DNA from: Paraspadella gotoi
Taxonomy: Eukaryota > Animalia > Chaetognatha
Direction: 5' to 3'
NCBI GenBank assembly: GCA_051294375.1
Contig: CM119270.1
Span: forward strand, 1,200,311 to 1,264,310
Length of the DNA: 64,000 nt
Shown here: positions 56,354-64,000 of the stretch, in pieces
Position numbering within the stretch: the stretch's first letter is position 1
How the letters are laid out: every line of letters begins with the position of its first letter
The notes under the pieces: generated by a model
Database searches by the model: none
Told to the model about the DNA's origin: nothing
What the model saw: the letters and a program-made list of their open reading frames with translations, nothing else
Made by a program: the position numbers and the translations under genes

Positions 56354-59300
56354 TCACTCTTGGGCCTCACCCTTCTTAATCTTGGGCTTCTTTCTCAGAT
56401 TGGGGGAGAGTTTGACCGAGATGACGTTTCCCCTGTCGTCGCCGACGACGATGATGGGGTGTGATGGATTGAAGGCGATGTGGGTCAGTCGCGTCTTCTT
56501 CTTTTGTACGATCGATTGATCGCACACGGCTTCGTACTTGTTCAGGTTCAGGTCGAACACGAAGACTTTGCCGTCTGAAAATTAGAAAAAGAGGACAAAG
56601 TAAGTACTTTTATGGTTTAATCTAAAAAATAAAAAAGAATCAATAAAATTCGATGAAAAAAATCCTAATTCGTAATGCTGAAGTAGGGTTAATAAGTGAA
56701 GCCTTTACAAATCATCTGCATGTAAATTGTTCTTCTCAAAAATCTTCGACGAGAATATTTACGATAATAATAAGAGGAATTTAATACATTGATGAATATT
56801 TAATATGCCGTAACCGATTTAACTAAATAATAATAAAGAACAAAAAAAAGAAAGGGCAAACATTTCATTTGCCGATCGCCTTGTATATTTCCATCCTTCT
56901 CAACTTTCCCCACTCGCCCGACCCTCCGCGTCAACCATCTTTACTCACCCGCGGTGGAGGCAGCGAAGACGGTGGAAGAGTAAGGCGCCCACGCGACGTC
57001 GCCGACTGAACCGTTCAGATCGAAAACGAAAAGCGGCGCCGCGACTGGAGGAGCAGTTGGGGGGGGGGGCACATTGCTTCGTTTGCGTGGATGTCGTTAA
57101 ATTCCATAGTTCCTCGCTAGCAACCATATCGCTTCTATGATACTTATGATACTTATTTAATCCCTAAGACGTCTTACTCGTTTCGGCTCACCAATATCTT
57201 CCGTAAAGGAAGGGAGAGGGATGTAGTAAATTTCTTAATCATTAAGTTAATGATTTTTCAGACTGTTCGAATTATCAATTTCAGCTTTCGCTTTGTTGTT
57301 TATCGAAAATTTGATTTTTACAAAACATTTTATGCCAATTTGTTGAAAAATTAAATCGTTTTAAATACGAAAGCTTTGATTTTTAACGAGGTTCTGAGCT
57401 GGAATCTTCGTCTCTCACCGTCCGTGTGGTTCCAGATCTTGACTGTCCAATCCGCAGAGCAGGTGAGGAAGATTTTCGGGTGGAAACTGCAAGGAGTAAG
57501 TCGCAGGGCGGCGGGGGGGGGGAGGAAAGAGAGGGGAGGGTAAGGAGAGGTGAGAAGAGACGGAGGCACATGAAAGAATGTCTAGAATAAAAGAAATTAA
57601 TAGAAAAAGAAAAGTCTCGTTTTGTTGTAATGGATCAGGGCCGGTCTTGGAGGTGGAAACGTTCCGGCTTATTTTCAAAGTTGAAATGCTAATACTAAAA
57701 TAATTTCGTTCTTTTAGTTTAGTTCTTTGGCATGTCAGTATTTATTTAAATATCTTCCGTCTATCACCCCTCTCTCTCCCCCCCTCTCTCTCTCCCCCCT
57801 GTCTCTCTCTCTCTCTCTCTCCCCCGCTCACCTATTCCACTTGATGGCATAGACAGCCATGCTGTGTGCAGTGAAGACGTCAAGAAATTGCGACTGATAA
57901 GCTTTGGAGCATTTGAGGATCTTGCCGCGCTCCGTCCCGACCAAGAAGAGATGGTCTATTTGCGGGTGGAAGGAGAAGACGGTTCCGCAGGCGTAGTTGA
58001 ACATCTCAAGGGGGAGTTGAGGGCAGAAGAGTCGGGGGAGAGGCGAAAAGAAAGATAGAATTTTATCCGTGAAAAGGTGGCGAGGTTAAAAATCATCNNN
58101 NNNNNNNAAATCGCTTACCTACCGGGCCCTGAATGAGCATTTTTCTTCTTTTCAAAGAGTATTTAGCTGACATTTGCAATCAGCAATATCCCTTTTCCCC
58201 CAAACTCACCCCCCCCTATTCCTCCCCCCCTTACCAACGACCCGTCGGGTCCCTCGACGGGTTCTTCAGTCTTCAACTTGATGATCTCCACTCGAGTCAA
58301 TTCGTTCTTGACCAAAGTCCAACAACAAACTCGACCATCTGACGAGACGGAGAAGAAATTGCGATTGGAGTCCAGGTCGTCCTTCTGCCAAGCAACTTGC
58401 CAGACAGGGTCGGTGTGCTTGCCCACCTGATGAAAAGGGGAGAGGAGAGGAGGTGAGCAAAGTGGGTTTAATCCTAGATTTGTTTGTGAAAATAATGGTA
58501 AGTTTGTGACTTTCTAGCCGAGGTAAAATGTGTTTGCTGCAGGTGTACCGACTTGCTGGACTTGTAAGCAGGCTTGTTGAACTGTCCAATCACTGCTTAC
58601 CTTGGCGATTGACAAGGAAGCAGGCTTTTTTGACTTTCCAATCTTTGTTTACCTTGACCGTGGATAAGTAAGCAGGCTTGTACTGTCCAATCATTGTTTA
58701 CCTTTGCCATGGAAAAGTAAGCAGGCTTGTTGGACTTTCCAATCATTGCTTACCTTGGCCGTGGACAAGTAAGCAGGCTTGTTTGATTTTTCAGCGACGT
58801 TGAATACGCAAACTGATCCGTCGTAAAATCCCGCTGCCACCAAATGCGGATGAATGGGGTGAATGTCGACGCACATCACGCCTTAAGTTTGGTTGAGTGA
58901 AAGTTAATTAGGTTTAGTGGTCACTGGTCAGTTAAAAGCTGGTAGGTCGGGATCACCAAAATAGTTTTCACACTTTGTCAACATGTAACAATCTTGTAAG
59001 TCTTTATCCATGTCAAACTTTTCCCTTTATCAGTCCGAATTCTCGTCAGTTCTCATTCTTTCTCAGTCCTCACTTTTCTCACTCCTCATTCTTTCTTCTC
59101 TCACTTTTGTCCGTCTTTATGCTTTCTCAGTCCATATTCTAGTCAGCTTTCACTTTTCTCATTTCTCAACTTTTTTTAGTTCTCACATATTCCAGTCAGT
59201 GCTCATTCTTGTCAGTTCGCATCCTTTCTCAGTGCTAACTCTTTTCAGTCCTCACTCTTGAGAATCTTTGCTTTCACAGTCTTTATCTTTTCTCAGTCAT

Positions 59301-62300
59301 CGTTTCTCAGTCCTCATCCTTTCTCAATCCTCACTTTTCTCAGTCCTCATCCTTTCTCAGTCCTCATCCTTTCTCAGTCCTCATCCTTTCTCAATCCTCA
59401 CTTTTCTCAATCCTCTCTTTTCTCAGTCCTCACCTACTCCAAATCCTTACCAGAATTGACCCCGTAGATGTAATCAGGGTAAGAAGGATTCTTGAGCGAA
59501 TAGAGACAGACGAGTCCTTTGGTTCTGCGCTGAAAATCGTAGGAACCGAAGCTCACGGCGAAGAGATCCTGATGTCGGGGTGTGGAAGGATATTGGAAGT
59601 TGAGGGGATGTGGAAGAGGGGATGAAAGAGTTTGATTATCCGCTCACTGAGATAACAATTTAATCAGAGACTAGTTTATGATATTAATGTAACTGTGTAG
59701 GCCGAAGATGACTTATCTCTAGAAATAAACCGTGGAAAGGCTCACGGGCTTTAATGGAGCAAGGTCGCAACCCGCCCAAGCTTTTCTCACACTTTCCTCA
59801 TACTTTGGATAGGCGTCGGGTTAGGACTCAACTCGAGGAACTTGGTTGAGTCAATGGGCAAAACTCGGCTTATGTTTAATATTTCTGCCTGCATTTCGTT
59901 CTAAAATTTAAATTCCTTTTTGAAACTTTTTTACTGGTCGTGATTCCTTCACTAATTCTCTTGTTTGATATTTTCGGAATAAAATCCCAATCATGAAATA
60001 TAAAGAGACTTTCAAATTCAATTCAATTCAAATTTAATTCAATTCAATTCAACTAAAAAAGAAGCGACCAGACCATTGTGGGCCTGTCCATACACCCACT
60101 CCCCCCCTCGGCCCACCTTGTATCTCGGATTCCAACAGATTCCAGTCACTGCCAATTTCTTGGCTCGATCGTAAACGAATTTCCATAGAGGAAGAAGTGT
60201 GCCTTCCAGATCTCTGTATTCGTCTGAGAGATCCTCCCAGTATTTGAAGTCCTGGATATGAGTAACAGGGATAATGAGGTCAATTTCCTGAAATATTAAC
60301 CTCTTGTATTTTATTGCTAGTGGGGAATATCACATCATCGCAGGAAATTGACCAGTAGATGGATCTGATATACCAAATGGTTTGCCTCTCTTGCCTTTCC
60401 CGTCTTTTGTTTTTGAGCATTAGCACAACCTCCACGCCTACTTCCTTCTATGACATACAATAAATATAAAATAAAGTAATTTGTAATAAATATTTTAAAA
60501 TCTAAACTTAAAAGAGTGAAATCAAGTAATTTTTTAATTGTTTTCCCTAAAGACATTTTTAATCGAGAATGGATACTAAAAATAGAATATAACGTAGTTA
60601 AAATAAATAATATCTCTCTCTCTCTCTCTGCCTCTCTCTCTCTCTCTCTAAGATGTTCTACTAGACCATCCTCCACACAAACCACTCCACAACCCCTTCA
60701 ACTTCCCCACAACCTCCATCAACCCCACAACCTGCGCGATATCGTCGAAGGTGTTCTGATTGACCATCCGCTCGACTATCTTCGCCGCCCGCGTGACTTT
60801 GTTGACGTCGTCGCCGCCGGCGTCGGTCGTCTTCTTCCTCTTTCCCTTTTCGGCGGCGTCTTTGCGAAACATTGCCGGTTTGGAGTTTTCCTTCAATTTC
60901 TGTTGGATGGCGAAATCCTCGTTGTAACTGGAGGAAAGAGTTTTGGGGGGGGGGGAAAGCAAAATGGAGATTTCTTTCAATTAAATTGGTACAAACAATA
61001 TATATATAATCCATTCATTTGATAAATAAGCTATTTTGTCAGTAACTTTGGACAGGCTATAGTCGGTTAATGCCTCCATCACACTTACAAGATAATAACA
61101 TAGCAGGTCCCTGCAAGCTTTCAACCAAGAATCTCTCACAGTATAGTTTAAATACAATAAACAACACCAAGGCTGACGCCAACAAAACCGACGAAATGGA
61201 AATAATGACAAAAAAAAAACCTCAGCTATGAAAATAAATTAATAAGAAATCCACGCCGACTTAAAACAATTCCAAATAACGTAGGCATTAACGACAACAA
61301 CAACAACAACAACCCCGCCCCCCTTATTTTTGTCTCACGCGTCGTAAATCTCCCACTGAGTCGCGTTGGCAGAGAAGTTGACCCTCGGCGGAGGTTCTGT
61401 GATCGTTCCCCGTTCTCGGTACGGGTTGTTGTAAGTCTGCGATGCTCTTTCGCTGTAGTTGAATTGATTCGTCAACTTCTTTCCTCCTTTGTTGGTCGGA
61501 CTCATCATTTCATCGTCCTGCGAGAGAGGGGGGGCGGCGGTTGGGGCGGGGTGGAAAGATTGTTGTTGTTGTTGTGATTCGATATTCGTCCAAGTTTCTT
61601 TCGAGATGTTTAGTTGACGGTGTTTAGTTGGTAACTTCTCTTGCTCGTAAGGCAGCTAGGAAAAGGGAACTTAGCTTAGAACCAGGCTTGCAGGTTTGAA
61701 GGCGTCACGACATTGAGAAAAGTTTAATGCAAGCTTTGAAGCCGCCACCTGGAGGTCACATCATTCATGACGATTCATGACGATTCATGACTCAAGGATC
61801 AAAGAAAGTTGGCTGCGTTAATTCAACTTTTAAGTTTCTTTTTTGGAACAAAAACCAGTTTGAAAACAAATAAACTTTTTTTTCTCTTTAAAATTTTAAA
61901 GCTTGGAAAGTAAACATTTTTTATTTTCCCCCCAAATCGAATGTTTTCTGTTTTGGTTCTGGATTTTAACAAATAAGTGAAATTATCATATATATGCAAA
62001 ACATAACCAACGATTACGAAAGCGACTTTCACCTCCATCTAAACCACGACAAAACATCAAGAAAAACAAAACAAAAATAAGAAAAACAATAAAAACAAAA
62101 ACAACTTCCCCTCCTCTACCTCGTCCGCCGCTTCTGCCTCTTCCTCTTCCTCTCCATCAACTTCTTCTATTTCTCCATCAATTTCTTCTGCGTCTCCAAC
62201 TGATCCTAATTTGCTGAGACGAGATGCTTGACGTCGAGCCTCGTCCGTCTCCTTGTGGAGCATGTTGCCGTCTGGATGGGGGTCAGGGGATCAAAAAAAA

Positions 62301-63194
62301 GGGGTCAGGGGTCAGAAAAGAACATAAGTTAACCCTCGTACATTTTCTTGTGGAACTGGTTGGTTGTTCAAGGGGTCAGTGGTCAAAAAACAGGATCAAG
62401 AGATCAGAAAAGGCCATAGGTCAAGCCGAATCCTTCTCTTTGTGGCTAATGTTGCCGCCTGCAAGGGTCAAGGGTCAGAGAACGTCATAGGTCAAGTCTA
62501 GATCGGGGTCATGGAGGCAAAAAAAAAAAGGGTTCGGGGATCAAGGAAAAGACATAGGTCGGGTCCTCTCTGAACTTCCTACCCCTCTCCCTCACCCCAA
62601 ACTCACCCAAAGTGAACAGGATCGCCATCTGGTCCACGTGAGGCTGTTTGAGGAAACATCTTTCTGTGAAGGAAAACCGGACGATGTTTTCCGGTGCGTG
62701 AGGGTTGTTGGCAGTGAGGATCCGAGTGATCTCTTCCTTCAACTCTTTGTCTGTGAGCTCGAGCTGGTCGTCCGGCTTCACTTCACGGGGCTTGGAGGGT
62801 TGATGGGGGGAGGAGAGGGAGGGAAGAGAGAGAGGGAGGGGAAGAGAGAGAGGGAGGGGAAGAGGGAGAACGGGTGCGGGGAAAGACGGGAAAATGAAAA
62901 GTTAAAAAAGAAGAAAGAACGGTTAAAAAAAAATATATAAACTTTCAGTTTTGTCTCCTCATCTTTTTCTTTTTCTTCATAATCTTTCTTTTTTTTATTT
63001 CCATTTTCCTTCTTTTCTTTTCTTGTCTCGCTAGCAATTCTGTAACTATCCCTCTCTCTCTCTCTCTCTCTCTCTCCCTCCCCCCCTCTCTCTCTCACCT
63101 GTATCCACTCTTCCTCGTCGCCCCCCGTCGTCTGCTCGTCCTCGTCGCGAAGGGGACCCTTCTTCGTTTGTCCCTTTCGCAACTTGGGCGGCAT
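56354..63194 (-). CDS. DNAI1: axonemal outer-arm dynein intermediate chain 1 (WD40), multi-exon; last exon probably lost in the N gap
   Basis: [126 protein letters not shown]. Confidence 0.93.
58555..58785 (-). repeat. about 49-52-bp tandem repeat x4-5 of a DNAI1 exon end plus 5' splice site
   Basis: Units ..ACAAGCCTGCTTACTTRTCCAYGGYMAAG|GTAA(G/A)CAATGATTGGA..; donor GT positions at 58753, 58701, 58652 and 58600. Confidence 0.88.
59030..59432. repeat. degenerate (TTCTCAGTCCTCATCCT)-like minisatellite in a DNAI1 intron
   Basis: Many 16-17-nt imperfect copies, most homogeneous near 59300-59430. Confidence 0.8.
60983..61151 (-). repeat. dispersed repeat family R1 copy in a DNAI1 intron
   Basis: Reverse complement aligns across 51190-51358. 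Confidence 0.8.
62278..62565. repeat. degenerate GGGGTCAG/GGATCAA repeat in a DNAI1 intron (CTGACCCC on the sense strand)
   Basis: Repeated ggggtca(g/a) and ggatcaa motifs through the intron. Confidence 0.55.
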
Positions 63195-64000
63195 GTTGAC
63201 GTCGCGGACTGACGGACAGTCGGCCGAACGGAACTAGTGTAAGGACGGAATGATGGACCGAACGTACGGACGTTTGGGGTCAGTGTGGATCGTCGTTCCT
63301 AGCGGCGCTTGATTTCCGTGCTTGTCTCGAGGCCTCGCGTCATCGTGCTTGCTTCGACGATCCGGTTTCGCTCGATAATGCTTGGTCCGAGATCCTCTTT
63401 AGTCTTTCCGGTTTTCCAGGAAATGTTTTTTTTTCTTCGTCGAATTTCGGGGATTGAAATTTTGGTTGCGTTTCTAAGTCTAACTTTTGGAATATGACCG
63501 TCAGATGTATATCTAAAAGGAGAAATGACCAAAGTTAATAAGCAAATAATCTCAGTATATATTTCAAATGTCAGTTTATGTCACAATATTAATAGCTAAG
63601 TATACACTACTAGATATAAACAAATTCAATTCGGTTTAATTCGTTTAAATCGCATAAGAGAAGACAGACACGAGCATCGCCGTTGCTAAGCGTCGACAAA
63701 AAAAAACAAAAGATAATTCTGAGAGGAAATTCGTTGCTTTCCGCTTGACGTCGCGACTCGTTCTATATTGTATTACATGGTGTGGGTAAGTGTTCTCTAG
63801 ACAGAAGAACATCGCTGGATCGCGGCTTTGTTGCTCATTATTTAATGTTGATTGCCCATATTGATGTTATCTTGTAAGAATGATGGAGGCCTTAAACAAC
63901 TTCAGAAGTCAGGAGTTAGATAGGTATTCAATAAATTTTTATGATGTTACTACTTAAATACAACCAGTATTTTTCTGTCGGTTAATCTCCTATACTACGT

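Overview
Eukaryotic (animal-like) genomic DNA with compact GT-AG intron-containing genes and CpG-rich exons. 1-30 kb holds nine tightly packed genes, all on the + strand: a C2H2 zinc-finger gene (last exon), NEK8, GTPBP10, MSTO1 (Misato), two tandem vasa/DDX4 paralogues (1 and 11 CCHC knuckles), a ClC-2-type chloride channel, a single-domain chondroitin GalNAc-transferase-family gene, and the 5' exons of SNIP1. About 30.2-49.0 kb is an inverted copy of about 12.0-30.0 kb. Its indel noise rises with distance from a 25-N gap and it sits inside a SNIP1 intron, so it is almost certainly a long-read/gap-filling artefact. The SNIP1 3' exons follow (49.1-51.5 kb), then DNAI1 on the - strand, whose 3' part is also present twice around N gaps (probably also artefactual). 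The most interesting real-looking signals are: (i) four tandem repeats built from exon-intron junctions, producing arrays of decoy splice sites, two of which lead straight to a stop codon; (ii) a vasa gene with four phase-0 introns at the same position in the zinc knuckle, so exon skipping would change knuckle number; (iii) two adjacent vasa genes with no shared intron position; (iv) operon-like packing, including a 102-nt GTPBP10-MSTO1 spacer. Gene models were read by eye and no database searches were run.
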